The notes beneath the pieces were generated by a model that ran no database searches, was not told the DNA's origin, and was given only the letters and a program-made list of their open reading frames with translations. From assembly GCA_043745325.1 (NCBI GenBank), contig JAYTTL010000343.1, forward strand, positions 1 to 47,426: a stretch of DNA of 47,426 nt, given 5' to 3'. Of this stretch, positions 19,529-30,013 are shown piece by piece; within the stretch, counting starts at the first letter, position 1, and each line of letters begins with the position of its first letter. The stretch is from Actinomycetes bacterium (lineage in GTDB: Bacteria > Actinomycetota > Actinomycetes > Nanopelagicales > Nanopelagicaceae). The position numbers and the translations under genes are program-made.

Positions 19529-20673
19529 TGCAGATCTTTGGAATCCTCGCCTTTGTCGTAGCACTTCTGCTTTCAGTAATGATTCATGAGTTTGGGCATT
19601 ACTTAACCGCAAAGCGTTATGGAATGAAAGTATCGGAGTTCTTCTTAGGCTTTGGCACCCGTATCTGGTCATACCGACGTGGTGAAACCGAGTTCGGAAT
19701 AAAAGCAATCCCTGCCGGCGGGTACTGCAAAATCGAGGGTATGACACCCAATGACGAGATGCCAGTCGGTGAGGAGACACGGGCATTTTATCTAGCGACA
19801 TCGGGGCGCAAACTAATAGTTTTAGGCGCAGGATCATTTCTGCATTTTGTTCTCGGCTATCTTCTTCTCTTTACGCTCTTTGCCGGTGTTGGCACAACTG
19901 CGTTATTGCCGATTATTCATGAGGTCGTTAAAGGCTCGGCCGCCCAATCTGCCGGAATTTTGGCCGGCGATGAAGTCACATCCATCAATGGAAAAAAAGT
20001 GCGCGATTGGTATAGCGACGTCAATACGATTCGGAACTCACAAGGCAAGGCGCTCACTCTTGGGATTAATCGAAATGGTCAGGATTTAATTATTACCGCG
20101 ATTCCGAAATTAGTATCCATTGAAGGGGAGAAGCGGTTTCTACTTGGAATCATTAATGAGGTAGGTTTAAAACGAACGGGAGTTATTACCTCTTTTAAGC
20201 GCGCCGGAATTGTCACTAAGGATTTTCTCTTTCAAAGCGTAAAGTCACTCATTAAACTTCCATCGAAAATCCCTGCATTGTGGGGACAGGCAGTCAATGG
20301 GGAGAAAAGAGATACGAACGGTCTAGTTGGAGTCGTAGGAGTCGCCCGAGTTTCAGGTCAGAGCATTGGCAACGAAAATCTCTCCATCATGGAGCGCTTG
20401 GCCACGTTTATTCTCATTATTGCGAGCTTAAATATATTTGTTGGTCTATTTAATCTCTTGCCTATCCTGCCACTTGATGGTGGACATATGGCGGTAGCAA
20501 TTGCCGATGAGTTTCGAGCATTTATTGCCCGACTTCGGGGACGCCCTCGACCTGCGGCGATCGATGTGACGGTGCTTACGCCAATAACTTTGGTGGTCTT
20601 TGTGATTTTGGCGGCGCTCACGCTGCTATTACTTGTTGCAGACATCGTAAATCCCGTTGTACTAAACCTTTAA
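19528..20673 (+). CDS. rseP: Site-2 zinc metalloprotease RseP/Rip1 (M50, PDZ)
   Basis: HEFGH, AIPAGGY and [12 protein letters not shown] motifs; located between dxr and ispG. Confidence 0.95.
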   Translation: MQIFGILAFVVALLLSVMIHEFGHYLTAKRYGMKVSEFFLGFGTRIWSYRRGETEFGIKAIPAGGYCKIEGMTPNDEMPVGEETRAFYLATSGRKLIVLGAGSFLHFVLGYLLLFTLFAGVGTTALLPIIHEVVKGSAAQSAGILAGDEVTSINGKKVRDWYSDVNTIRNSQGKALTLGINRNGQDLIITAIPKLVSIEGEKRFLLGIINEVGLKRTGVITSFKRAGIVTKDFLFQSVKSLIKLPSKIPALWGQAVNGEKRDTNGLVGVVGVARVSGQSIGNENLSIMERLATFILIIASLNIFVGLFNLLPILPLDGGHMAVAIADEFRAFIARLRGRPRPAAIDVTVLTPITLVVFVILAALTLLLLVADIVNPVVLNL

Positions 20674-20698
20674 CTCAGAAATACGGCAGAATAGCGAA

Positions 20699-21850
20699 AT
20701 GGTTGATCTAGGAATTCCCGCACCGCCTCCACCTGTATTAGCGCCTCGTCGAAAGACAAAGCAACTCATGGTGGGCAAAGTTGGTGTTGGGAGTGACTCA
20801 CCTGTAAGTGTTCAATCGATGTGCACAACGCTAACGTCAGATGTCAATTCTACTTTGCAGCAAATCGCTGAACTAACGGCGGCGGGCTGTCAAATAGTTC
20901 GAGTTGCAGTTCCGAGTCAAGATGATGCCGATGCACTTGCGCAGATTGCAAAAAAGTCGCAAATCCCAGTAATTGCCGACATTCACTTTCAACCAAAATA
21001 TATCTTTGCCGCAATCGATGCCGGCTGCGCGGCAGTCCGGGTGAACCCTGGAAATATTAAGCAGTTCGACGATAAAGTAAAAGAGGTAGCAAAGGCTGCC
21101 GGAGATGCAGGAATCCCAATTCGAATTGGCGTAAACGCTGGATCCCTTGATCCACGCATTCTTGCGAAATACGGCAAAGCTACGCCTGAAGCCTTGGCGG
21201 AGTCGGCGTTGTGGGAGGCGTCCTTGTTTGAGGAGCATGGGTTTTCAGATATTAAGATCTCAGTGAAACATCATGACCCAGTAACAATGGTCAAGGCTTA
21301 TCGAATCTTGGCAGCTAAGTGCGATTACCCGCTACATCTTGGCGTGACTGAAGCTGGTCCCATCTTTCAAGGCACGATAAAATCTTCAACGGCATTTGCA
21401 ATCTTACTGGCCGAAGGAATAGGTGACACGATCCGTGTTTCACTCTCAGCACCGCCTGTTGAAGAAGTGAAGGTTGGCATCTCAATTCTTGAATCGCTCA
21501 ATCTTCGCCAGCGCAAACTAGAAATAGTTTCATGTCCATCATGCGGGCGCGCGCAGGTCGATGTTTATACCTTGGCAGAAAAAGTTCAAGCTGGACTTGA
21601 AGGCATGACCGTTCCTTTGCGCGTTGCAGTGATGGGTTGTGTCGTAAATGGTCCGGGGGAGGCTCGCGAAGCGGATTTAGGTGTTGCTTCTGGAAACGGC
21701 AAGGGCCAGATTTTTGTTAAAGGCGTAGTCATCAAAACTGTGCCCGAAGCGATGATTGTTGAAACTCTCATTGAAGAGGCGATGCGATTGGCCGAAGAGA
21801 TGGAAGCCGCCGGCGTTGCATCAGGGGCACCAACTGTTGGGGTTGTATAG
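20699..21850 (+). CDS. ispG: HMBPP synthase (flavodoxin)
   Basis: [31 protein letters not shown] and [10 protein letters not shown] motifs. Confidence 0.99.
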   Translation: MVDLGIPAPPPPVLAPRRKTKQLMVGKVGVGSDSPVSVQSMCTTLTSDVNSTLQQIAELTAAGCQIVRVAVPSQDDADALAQIAKKSQIPVIADIHFQPKYIFAAIDAGCAAVRVNPGNIKQFDDKVKEVAKAAGDAGIPIRIGVNAGSLDPRILAKYGKATPEALAESALWEASLFEEHGFSDIKISVKHHDPVTMVKAYRILAAKCDYPLHLGVTEAGPIFQGTIKSSTAFAILLAEGIGDTIRVSLSAPPVEEVKVGISILESLNLRQRKLEIVSCPSCGRAQVDVYTLAEKVQAGLEGMTVPLRVAVMGCVVNGPGEAREADLGVASGNGKGQIFVKGVVIKTVPEAMIVETLIEEAMRLAEEMEAAGVASGAPTVGVV

Positions 21851-21859
21851 GCTCATCTC

Positions 21860-23584
21860 ATGTTAAAAATGTCTACGCTTTTTTTGCGTACGCTTCGCGA
21901 TGATCCGGCCGATGCTGAGGTTGCAAGCCACCGTTTACTCGTTCGCGCTGGATATATTCGACGAATTGCGGCGGGTATCTATTCGTGGCTGCCACTTGGC
22001 GTACTCACTTTGCGCAACATTGAAAACGTAGTTCGCCAAGAGATGGATCAGGCAGGCTTTCAAGAGGTTCACTTTCCAGCGTTGCTTCCGCGCGAGGCAT
22101 ATGAGATTACCCATCGCTGGAAAGAGTACGGGCCATCACTCTTTCGTCTGCAAGATCGCAAAGGCGGTGATTATTTACTTGGACCAACTCATGAAGAGAT
22201 GTTTACATTGATGGTAAAGAGCGAGTACTCGTCCTATAAAGATCTACCACTATCTATTTATCAAATTCAAACAAAGTACCGAGATGAAGCTCGCCCCCGT
22301 AGCGGAATAATCCGCGGGCGTGAGTTTGTCATGAAGGATTCATACTCTTTTGATATCGATGATGCCGGTTTGGAAGTGTCATACCAAAAACATCGCGATG
22401 CGTACATCTCATGTTTTAATCGTTTAGGAATGAAGTACAACATTGTCAAAGCAGTCGCCGGTGCCATGGGCGGTTCAAAATCGGAAGAGTTTTTAGCACC
22501 ATGTGCAACAGGTGAAGATACCTACGTTCTCTGTCCTGCGTGTGGGTATGCCGCTAACGTGGAGGCGATGCAGACCAAGATTGCACCGGGTAATGCCCAA
22601 GGAGTACCTGCAATGGAAGAGTTAGACACACCAGATACTCCGACAATCGATACTTTAGTTGCTGTCATGAACGCTAACTTTGGTGGGGGCTACACCGCGT
22701 CAGATACGTTAAAAAATATAATGTTAGTCGCAGACGGCAAAGCAATTTCGGTTTTAGTGCCGGGTGATCGAGAAGTGGATTTAAAGCGTTTACAAGAAAA
22801 TTTATCTGGAGTTCATGAACTGCGCGTCTTTGAAGAGGCAGATTTCACACAGTACCCGGCGCTCGTTAAAGGCTATATCGGCCCACAGGATGCGCTCAAA
22901 AGTGGAATCACACTCTATGCCGATCCACGAGTGGCCCCAGGTACGTCTTGGATTAGTGGCGCCAATAAAAAAGATCGCCATGCGCGATTTGTTGTGAATG
23001 GCCGCGACTTCACACCTGATGCATATGTTGAAGCCGCCGAAGTGCGTGCTGGAGATTCATGTCCTGAATGTGGAACCGAAGTCATTATCGATCGAGCAAT
23101 AGAGATTGGTCATATATTTCAACTAGGGCGAAAGTATTCTCAAGCTCTAAACCTCACGGTTTTAGATAGTAATGGAAAATCTCAGACGGTCACCATGGGT
23201 TCGTATGGGATTGGTGTATCACGCGCAGTTGCCGCAATCGCCGAACAGACCTGCGATGAGCTCGGCCTCAATTGGCCCAAAGAGTTAGCCCCGGCCAAAG
23301 TTCATATCGTTGCAACGGGCAAAGATGACCTACCTTTTGAGAGCGCGCTAAAACTTGGTAGCGATTTAGAGGATATGGGAATCTCCGTGATGTTAGATGA
23401 TCGGCGAGATGCCAGTGCCGGCGTGAAGTTTAAAGATGCCGAACTCATCGGAAATCCCATTATCGTCGTGGTCGGTCGGGGACTTGTCGATGGCAATGTT
23501 GAAGTTCGCGTTCGCGCAACGGGTGTTAAGAACGACGTCGCTCTTACGCAGGCAACATCCACTATCGCTGCGCTGCTTAACTAA
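21860..23584 (+). CDS. proS: Proline--tRNA ligase
   Basis: LGPTHEE, YRDEARPR.G..RGREF.MKDSYSF, IEIGHIFQLG and MGSYGIG motifs. Confidence 0.99.
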   Translation: MLKMSTLFLRTLRDDPADAEVASHRLLVRAGYIRRIAAGIYSWLPLGVLTLRNIENVVRQEMDQAGFQEVHFPALLPREAYEITHRWKEYGPSLFRLQDRKGGDYLLGPTHEEMFTLMVKSEYSSYKDLPLSIYQIQTKYRDEARPRSGIIRGREFVMKDSYSFDIDDAGLEVSYQKHRDAYISCFNRLGMKYNIVKAVAGAMGGSKSEEFLAPCATGEDTYVLCPACGYAANVEAMQTKIAPGNAQGVPAMEELDTPDTPTIDTLVAVMNANFGGGYTASDTLKNIMLVADGKAISVLVPGDREVDLKRLQENLSGVHELRVFEEADFTQYPALVKGYIGPQDALKSGITLYADPRVAPGTSWISGANKKDRHARFVVNGRDFTPDAYVEAAEVRAGDSCPECGTEVIIDRAIEIGHIFQLGRKYSQALNLTVLDSNGKSQTVTMGSYGIGVSRAVAAIAEQTCDELGLNWPKELAPAKVHIVATGKDDLPFESALKLGSDLEDMGISVMLDDRRDASAGVKFKDAELIGNPIIVVVGRGLVDGNVEVRVRATGVKNDVALTQATSTIAALLN

Positions 23585-23593
23585 GGTTCGGCA

Positions 23594-24373
23594 TTGGGTG
23601 ATCTCAGTATTGCAACTGGAGTATTTCTGCTTCTTGCCGCATTTTTTGCCGGTTTTGTCGATTCAATCGCTGGCGGCGGCGGTTTAATTCAACTTCCCGC
23701 ACTTTTAATCGCGCTACCTAAGAGCGATACGGTCACTGTTCTTGGCACCAATAAGTTGGCATCGGTCTTTGGCACCACGACAGCGGCGGCTCTCTATCGC
23801 CGTCAAATTAAACCGGAGCGAAAAATTTTGCTTGCTATGGCGCTTCCAGCATTTATTGGTTCAGCAGTTGGTGCATCGTTTGCTTCGCGTTTACCAACAG
23901 CAAGCATGCGTCCAATAGTTTTGATTTTATTGATCGTCGTTGCAATCTATACATGGCTCAAACCAGATTTAGGGAAAATCGAACTACTGCGCCATCATTC
24001 AAGCCGTAGAGTTCAGATTTCTATTGTGGCTGGCGCCGGAATTGGTTTCTACGATGGAATATTTGGTCCTGGAACCGGCTCATTTTTAATGCTGGTCTTG
24101 GTTGCATCCCTTGGTTATGCATTTATCACCGCTTCGGCGATAGCCAAAGTGGTAAATGTTTCCACCAACCTAGGCGCGATTCTTATCTTCGGTGTGCACG
24201 GCGCAATTTTGTGGCAAATCGGCTTGGTGCTAGGCGCGGCAAATGTGAGTGGGGCAGTGATTGGCTCGCACTTGGCGATACGTGGAGGCTCGACGCTCGT
24301 ACGAAAGGTCTTCTTAGTAGTGACGGTTGCGCTGATTATTAAAGTGGGAATTGATACTTTCCAAAGTTTCTAG
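23594..24373 (+). CDS. TauE/SafE (TSUP) family membrane transporter, YfcA-like
   Basis: AGFVDSIAGGGGLI, GTNK and GFYDGIFGPGTGSF motifs. Confidence 0.92.
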   Translation: MGDLSIATGVFLLLAAFFAGFVDSIAGGGGLIQLPALLIALPKSDTVTVLGTNKLASVFGTTTAAALYRRQIKPERKILLAMALPAFIGSAVGASFASRLPTASMRPIVLILLIVVAIYTWLKPDLGKIELLRHHSSRRVQISIVAGAGIGFYDGIFGPGTGSFLMLVLVASLGYAFITASAIAKVVNVSTNLGAILIFGVHGAILWQIGLVLGAANVSGAVIGSHLAIRGGSTLVRKVFLVVTVALIIKVGIDTFQSF

Positions 24374-24374
24374 T

Positions 24375-24413
24375 TACAATCGTATTCACAACTTAATAGG
24401 AAAGTAGTTACAT
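24375..24413 (+). promoter_or_regulatory. Putative promoter and short leader of the rimP-nusA-infB operon
   Basis: TACAAT at 24375-24380, then ACAACTTAATAGGAAAG before the ATG at 24414. Confidence 0.5.
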
Positions 24414-24884
24414 ATGTCGCTCACTGCAACCCTGACCGAACTTCTTACCCCCGTTGTTGAAGGTGCGGGTTTTTATCTTGAAGAGGTTCTGGTAGCTAAT
24501 CCTGGAAATCACCGCATTCTGACATGCGTTGTAGATGGCGATAAGCTACTCAACCTCGATGAAGTTACGGTTGTTTCACGTCTGATTTCAGAGTTTTTGG
24601 ATGAGAGCACGATTATTGTTGATGCATTCACTCTTGAAGTGACCTCACCTGGCGTTGACCGCCTACTTACTAAGCGTCGGCATTGGGAGAAGAATGTTTC
24701 CAGGCTTATTTCAATGGTGATGAATGATGGAACTCTTTTGACGGCCAGACTCACCGAACTTCGAGCCGATGATGCAACCTTTGTAGAAAATATTAAAGGG
24801 CGAATGAAGACGCACACGGTTGTTTTATCAGAAGTCGCGCGTGCTCAGGTGCAAGTTGAATTTAGCCGTAAGGATGAAGATTAA
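24414..24884 (+). CDS. rimP: Ribosome maturation factor RimP
   Basis: TLEVTSPGVDR motif; directly upstream of nusA. Confidence 0.93.
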   Translation: MSLTATLTELLTPVVEGAGFYLEEVLVANPGNHRILTCVVDGDKLLNLDEVTVVSRLISEFLDESTIIVDAFTLEVTSPGVDRLLTKRRHWEKNVSRLISMVMNDGTLLTARLTELRADDATFVENIKGRMKTHTVVLSEVARAQVQVEFSRKDED

Positions 24885-25871
24885 ATGCATGTAGAAATGA
24901 GCGCTCTTGTTGCCTTAACTACCGAAAAGGGAATTGGACTCGAGCAGTTAATTCAAGCTATAGAAATCGGCGTACTTGGGGCATACAACCAAACGGATGA
25001 AGCAAAACGACATGCCCGTGCTTTCTTGGATCGAGAGAGCGGCGAGATTCAAATTTTAGTTCCACAGTTTAATGACATTGGCGAGAAGATTGGCGATGAA
25101 CCCGATGTGCCAACTGGATTCTCGCGCATTGCAACATCGACCGCTCGCCAGATTATTAAGTTAAAAATGCGCGAAACAAATGATGCCTCGATTGTTGGAG
25201 AGTTCACTGGAAATGTTGGCGATGTAATCTCTGGTGTTGTTTCACAAGGACGCGATCCGAAAATGATTAATGTTAATTTGGGTCGCACTGAAGGGCGGAT
25301 TCCTCCTCAAGAGCAGGTACCAGGCGAGGTCTATAATCACGGTGATCGAATAAAGTGTTTTGTCGTTGAAGTTAAGCAAGGCCTCAAAGGTCCAGAGATT
25401 ATGTTGTCAAGGTCGCATCCAGCCCTTGTAAAACAGTTATTTGCTTTTGAAGTCCCGGAAATCGCCGATCGAATAGTTGAAATTATGGCCGTTGCCCGCG
25501 AAGCCGGACATCGCACAAAAGTTGCCGTGAAATCTCATCGGGCAGGAGTTAGTCCCAAAGGTTCACTCATTGGGCCGATGGGCTCTAGAGCTCGAGCCGT
25601 CATGGATGAACTCCATGGTGAAAAAATTGATATCGTCGATTGGTCTGAAGATCCAGCAATCTTCATTGGCCATGCCTTAGCACCGGCCAAAGTGGTCTCC
25701 GTTGAGATCACTGATCAAGCAACACGCTCGGCAAAAGTCATCGTTCCTGACTATCAACTCTCGCTGGCCATTGGAAAAGATGGTCAAAATGCACGTTTGG
25801 CAGCGCGCCTGACGGGTTGGCGCATCGATATTCATCCCGATAACCCCTTAGATTCTCAATTTTTAAAATGA
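24885..25871 (+). CDS. nusA: Transcription elongation factor NusA
   Basis: S1/KH motifs LSRSHP, EVPEI, AREAGHRTKVAV and LSLAIGKDGQNARLAARLTGWRIDI. Confidence 0.99.
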   Translation: MHVEMSALVALTTEKGIGLEQLIQAIEIGVLGAYNQTDEAKRHARAFLDRESGEIQILVPQFNDIGEKIGDEPDVPTGFSRIATSTARQIIKLKMRETNDASIVGEFTGNVGDVISGVVSQGRDPKMINVNLGRTEGRIPPQEQVPGEVYNHGDRIKCFVVEVKQGLKGPEIMLSRSHPALVKQLFAFEVPEIADRIVEIMAVAREAGHRTKVAVKSHRAGVSPKGSLIGPMGSRARAVMDELHGEKIDIVDWSEDPAIFIGHALAPAKVVSVEITDQATRSAKVIVPDYQLSLAIGKDGQNARLAARLTGWRIDIHPDNPLDSQFLK

Positions 25872-25972
25872 CCAGGGCATTAGATATGATGTACCACTGC
25901 ACTGCAAACGAATGGATATGAAAGATATGAAACTTACATGAGCTCGCTAGAACTATGAGGTCGTTCAACTAG
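25868..25972 (+). other. Chain of four ATGA-overlapped mini-ORFs between nusA and infB
   Basis: 25868-25921 MTRALDMMYHCTANEWI*, 25918-25941 MKDMKLT*, 25938-25958 MSSLEL*, 25955-25972 MRSFN*. Each start overlaps the previous stop as ATGA, beginning at the nusA stop. Translation is not demonstrated. Confidence 0.6.
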
Positions 25973-26000
25973 GGCTTGCATTTTTTAAGAGATGTGGGCC
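25973..26000 (+). promoter_or_regulatory. GU-rich hairpin immediately before the infB SD
   Basis: GGCTTGCATTTT-TTAA-GAGATGTGGGCC forms a 12-bp stem with 5 G-U pairs; ACAGGGG SD follows. Confidence 0.55.
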
Positions 26001-26015
26001 AAGACAGGGGAAAAT

Positions 26016-28679
26016 GTGTCAAAGGTCCGCGTACACGAGTTAGCAAAACAACTCGGAATGGAGAGCAAGGCTGTTCTTGCAAAGCTCCAAGAAATGGGCG
26101 AATTCGTCCGATCGGCATCATCGACAGTAGAAGCGCCCGTTGTGCGCAAGCTCATCGACATGTATCCCGATGCAAAACCTGCAGAGGAAAAAAAGCCGGT
26201 TAAAAAGGCTGCCGCTAAAAAAGCCGCTGCAAAACCACTAGAAGATGTCAGTGCTGAACAAGCTCAATCATTGGCTGCCGAGCTCGGAGTCGATCTCCAG
26301 GCCTTCAAAGCCGAACAAGTTCGCGCCGAAGTACAAAGGGCCGAGCTGGCCGCAAAGGCAGAGGTCGCACGCGCAGCTGAAAATGCATCTGAAGTGCAAC
26401 TACCAAAACCAATTTCTCATGCGGGTAATAATCCATTTACTTCTGGAATAAGCGCAGTGCCACGACCTCCGCGTCCCGGGAATAATCCATTTTCTACAGG
26501 TGGCGCCGTTCCTCGCCCACCACAGCGTCCAACGGGTGCGCCACGTCCTGGAATGGCAGGACCTCGTCCTGGCTCTGTTCGCCCAGGCTTTGCCGCACGT
26601 CCACAATCTCCACGTCCACCTGCAGGTGCGGGTTTTCCTGCCCGTCCCGGAAGCGCACCAGTGGCTGGAACTCCATATAAAAGCACGGGCCCAGGCGCAG
26701 CCGGTGCACCAGCTCGACCAGGCGGAGGTCGCCCACCACAGCGCGGAGGCGCAGGAGGTGCCTTTGGAAAAAATGCGAGCAAGAAATCTGGTCGTAAATC
26801 TAAATCGCGTAAAGCACTTCGTGATGAGTTCGACAATATGCAGGCGCCACAACTGGGTGGCGCAGTTGTTCCTCATGGCGATGGAAAGACTCCTATTCGA
26901 ATGCGTCGCGGGGCTTCATTGGCCGACTTTGCCGACAAGATTGGCGCAGATCCAGCGGCGCTCGTTTCAGCGCTGTTTCACTTAGGTGAAATGGTTACTG
27001 CAACGCAGTCAGTTGATGCCGATACTTTTCAAATTCTTGGGGCTCAACTTGGATATGAAATCCAAATTGTTAGCCCAGAGGATGAAGATCGCGAACTATT
27101 ACAGGGCTTTGATATTGATTTAGCCGATGAGTTAGCAGAGCTAAATCCCGACATGCTTGTTGCACGTCCGCCAGTCGTAACCGTTATGGGTCACGTTGAC
27201 CACGGTAAAACTTCGCTCCTTGATGCAATTCGAAAAAGCGAAGTTATGAAATCTGAAGCAGGTGGAATCACGCAACATATCGGTGCATATCAAATTCACC
27301 ATGATCACAATGGAATCAACCGCGCAATAACATTTATCGATACACCTGGCCACGAGGCATTTACTGCTATGCGTGCCCGTGGTGCCAAGGTAACGGATAT
27401 CGCGGTACTTGTTGTCGCAGCCGATGACGGCATCATGCCGCAGACAATTGAGGCGCTCAACCATGCGCAGGCTGCCGATGTTCCTATCGTTGTGGCCGTT
27501 AACAAGATGGATAAAGAGGGTGCAAACGCCGACAAGGTTCGCCAGCAGTTGACGGAGTACAACTTAATTGCCGAAGAGTACGGCGGAGAAACTATCTTCG
27601 TAAATGTATCTGCAAAAACGGGTCAAGGTGTCGATGATTTAATCGATTCAATTCTTCTAACCGCCGATGCCGCAATCGATCTTCGAGCAATTGCCGATGA
27701 GCGCGCACGGGGAGTTGCGATTGAAGCTCACCTCGATCGTGGGCGTGGACCAGTTACGACCGTTCTAATTCAGCGAGGAACTTTGAATATCGGTGATGCA
27801 ATCGTTGCCGGAGGCTCCTTTGGTCGCGTCCGTGCAATGCTCGATGAAAACGGCGACAATGTTGAGAGTGCAGGGCCATCCAGGCCTGTCCAGGTTCTCG
27901 GATTTACATCCGTTCCAAATGCTGGGGATACATTCTTAGTTGCCGATGAAGATCGAACTGCGCGACAGATCGCTGAAAAGCGCCAAGCCGCTGAGCGAAA
28001 TGCTCAACTTGCTAAGGCGCGCAAGAAGGTCTCACTTGAGGACTTCATGGAGCAGTCCAAGGTCTCAACGCTTAATTTGATTCTCAAAGGTGACGTGAGC
28101 GGCTCTGTTGAGGCACTCGAAGAAGCTCTGATGGCACTGGATGTTGGCGCCGAAGTTGATCTTCGAGTTATTCACCGTGGCGTTGGCGCAATTACCAAGA
28201 GCGATATCACTCTTGCATCTGCATCAACTGCAGTTGTCATCGGCTTTAACGTTAAGCCAGAGCCACAGACTGCAATCTTTGCCGATCAAGAGGGCGTCGA
28301 AGTCCGCTTTTACTCGGTTATCTATCAAGCAATCGATGATGTTGAACTATCGCTCAAGGGTCTACTCAAGCCAATCTTTGAAGAGGTTGTGCTCGGAAAT
28401 GCCGAAGTTCGCGAAATCTTTAAATCATCGAAGGCTGGAAACATCGCAGGTTCGATTGTTAAGGATGGAATTATTCGTCGTAACGCAAAGGCGCGCATCA
28501 TGCGAAACGATCAGATACTCGTAGATGATCTGACTATCGATTCACTCAAGCGCTTCAAAGAAGATGCAACTGAGGTCAAAGAGGGATTTGAGTGCGGTAT
28601 CGGACTTGGCAATATGAAGGAAATCGCCGTCGGCGATATTATTCAAGTCTTTGAGATGCGCGAGAAAAAGCGAGTATAA
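26016..28679 (+). CDS. infB: Translation initiation factor IF-2
   Basis: GTG start giving [11 protein letters not shown]; Pro/Gly-rich linker with GNNPF; [17 protein letters not shown] and NKMD motifs. Confidence 0.99.
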   Translation: MSKVRVHELAKQLGMESKAVLAKLQEMGEFVRSASSTVEAPVVRKLIDMYPDAKPAEEKKPVKKAAAKKAAAKPLEDVSAEQAQSLAAELGVDLQAFKAEQVRAEVQRAELAAKAEVARAAENASEVQLPKPISHAGNNPFTSGISAVPRPPRPGNNPFSTGGAVPRPPQRPTGAPRPGMAGPRPGSVRPGFAARPQSPRPPAGAGFPARPGSAPVAGTPYKSTGPGAAGAPARPGGGRPPQRGGAGGAFGKNASKKSGRKSKSRKALRDEFDNMQAPQLGGAVVPHGDGKTPIRMRRGASLADFADKIGADPAALVSALFHLGEMVTATQSVDADTFQILGAQLGYEIQIVSPEDEDRELLQGFDIDLADELAELNPDMLVARPPVVTVMGHVDHGKTSLLDAIRKSEVMKSEAGGITQHIGAYQIHHDHNGINRAITFIDTPGHEAFTAMRARGAKVTDIAVLVVAADDGIMPQTIEALNHAQAADVPIVVAVNKMDKEGANADKVRQQLTEYNLIAEEYGGETIFVNVSAKTGQGVDDLIDSILLTADAAIDLRAIADERARGVAIEAHLDRGRGPVTTVLIQRGTLNIGDAIVAGGSFGRVRAMLDENGDNVESAGPSRPVQVLGFTSVPNAGDTFLVADEDRTARQIAEKRQAAERNAQLAKARKKVSLEDFMEQSKVSTLNLILKGDVSGSVEALEEALMALDVGAEVDLRVIHRGVGAITKSDITLASASTAVVIGFNVKPEPQTAIFADQEGVEVRFYSVIYQAIDDVELSLKGLLKPIFEEVVLGNAEVREIFKSSKAGNIAGSIVKDGIIRRNAKARIMRNDQILVDDLTIDSLKRFKEDATEVKEGFECGIGLGNMKEIAVGDIIQVFEMREKKRV

Positions 28680-28682
28680 ATT

Positions 28683-29117
28683 ATGAACCCATCACATCGC
28701 ACATTAAAGGTCGCCGATCGCATCAAAGTGGTTGTGGCACAACTACTTGAAACCAAGATCAGGGATCCCCGTCTTGGTTTTGTCACGGTCACTGATGCTC
28801 GGGTGACCGGAGATTTACAGCAAGCATCGATTTTCTACACAGTTCTGGGTGATGAAGATCAACGTGCCTCAACTGTCGCCGCCCTTGAAAGCGCCAATGG
28901 GGCAATTCGTTCTGCCCTTGGGCGCGAGCTTGGCCTTCGCATTACTCCGTCCATTGCCTTCTTTGAAGACGGCCTACCAGAGAGCGCAAAGGCGTTGGAA
29001 TCACTGCTTGAACGAGTTCACGAACAAGACGCTGAAGTAGCCAAACTGCGAAAAACTGCAACCTATGCCGGAGGCGAAGATCCATATAAAGCCCCGCGCA
29101 TCATCGAGTCGGAATAA
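28683..29117 (+). CDS. rbfA: Ribosome-binding factor A
   Basis: IRDPRLGFVTVTDARVTGDL motif; follows infB. Confidence 0.97.
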   Translation: MNPSHRTLKVADRIKVVVAQLLETKIRDPRLGFVTVTDARVTGDLQQASIFYTVLGDEDQRASTVAALESANGAIRSALGRELGLRITPSIAFFEDGLPESAKALESLLERVHEQDAEVAKLRKTATYAGGEDPYKAPRIIESE

Positions 29118-29995
29118 AAATCGAGCACGGCTTTCTGGTGGTAGATAAAGCGCCAGGAATGACTAGTCATGACGTTGTGGCAATTGCGCGTCGAGTACTA
29201 GGTACGCGAAAAGTCGGACATGCCGGTACTTTAGATCCGATGGCAACCGGAGTTCTGGTTTTAGGTTTCAATAACGCTACCCGTTTACTCCAATACATCA
29301 CCGAAGGCGATAAGACATATCAAGCAACGGTTGTACTTGGTGTGGCAACGGTGAGCGATGATTCACAAGGTGAAGTCATTTCGCAAAGCGGCGTTTTACA
29401 TATTACAGATGCACAGATCGAAAAAGAGTTAGCAACAATGCGCGGAACAATTATGCAACGGCCTAGTTCGGTATCTGCCGTCAAAGTCGCGGGCGAGCGT
29501 GCTTATGATCGAGTCCGCGCAGGAGAAGTTGTCGAGCTTGCCGCTCGTCAGGTCACGATTAGCCAGTTAGATATTTTAAGTATTCGTCATCTAGATTCAA
29601 CGATTGAAGTAGATATAGAAGTTACGTGTTCGGCCGGAACCTATATTCGCGCAATTGCACGCGATTGCGGAATCGCACTCGGTGTAGGCGGACATTTATC
29701 ATCGCTTCGCCGCAGTCGAGTGGCGGGCTTTAAACTAAATGGTGCAATGACATTGGAGCAACTTAAGAGTGGTGATTTTTTGACACTTGCTTTAGCCGAT
29801 GTTGCGCGATCAACTTTTGCCGTTCGAGAATTAGCACTGGATGAGCGGGCCGAACTCTCATTTGGGCGTCCACTCTCACCCAATCCAACTCCAGATATTT
29901 ATGCAGGAATAAGCGGGGATAACGAATTAATCGCCCTGCTGGCCAACAAAGATGGCTTTGCCAAGCCCATCGCCGTGTTCGCAGCAGCTAAGTGA
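29114..29995 (+). CDS. truB: tRNA pseudouridine(55) synthase (start uncertain: ATA 29114, ATC 29120 or GTG 29138)
   Basis: GFLVVDK..GMTSHD, KVGHAGTLDPMATGVL and CSAGTYIR motifs. Confidence 0.95.
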   Translation: MKIEHGFLVVDKAPGMTSHDVVAIARRVLGTRKVGHAGTLDPMATGVLVLGFNNATRLLQYITEGDKTYQATVVLGVATVSDDSQGEVISQSGVLHITDAQIEKELATMRGTIMQRPSSVSAVKVAGERAYDRVRAGEVVELAARQVTISQLDILSIRHLDSTIEVDIEVTCSAGTYIRAIARDCGIALGVGGHLSSLRRSRVAGFKLNGAMTLEQLKSGDFLTLALADVARSTFAVRELALDERAELSFGRPLSPNPTPDIYAGISGDNELIALLANKDGFAKPIAVFAAAK

Positions 29996-30013
29996 CTCAT
30001 GGATAATGAGAAG

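Noticed and set aside
26400-26985. Overlapping and antisense ORFs of 80-160 aa in the IF2 Pro/Gly-rich linker, and the repeated GNNPF motif
   Set aside because: GC-rich low-complexity coding sequence lacks stops in other frames, and the GNNPF/PRP linker is normal for actinobacterial IF2.
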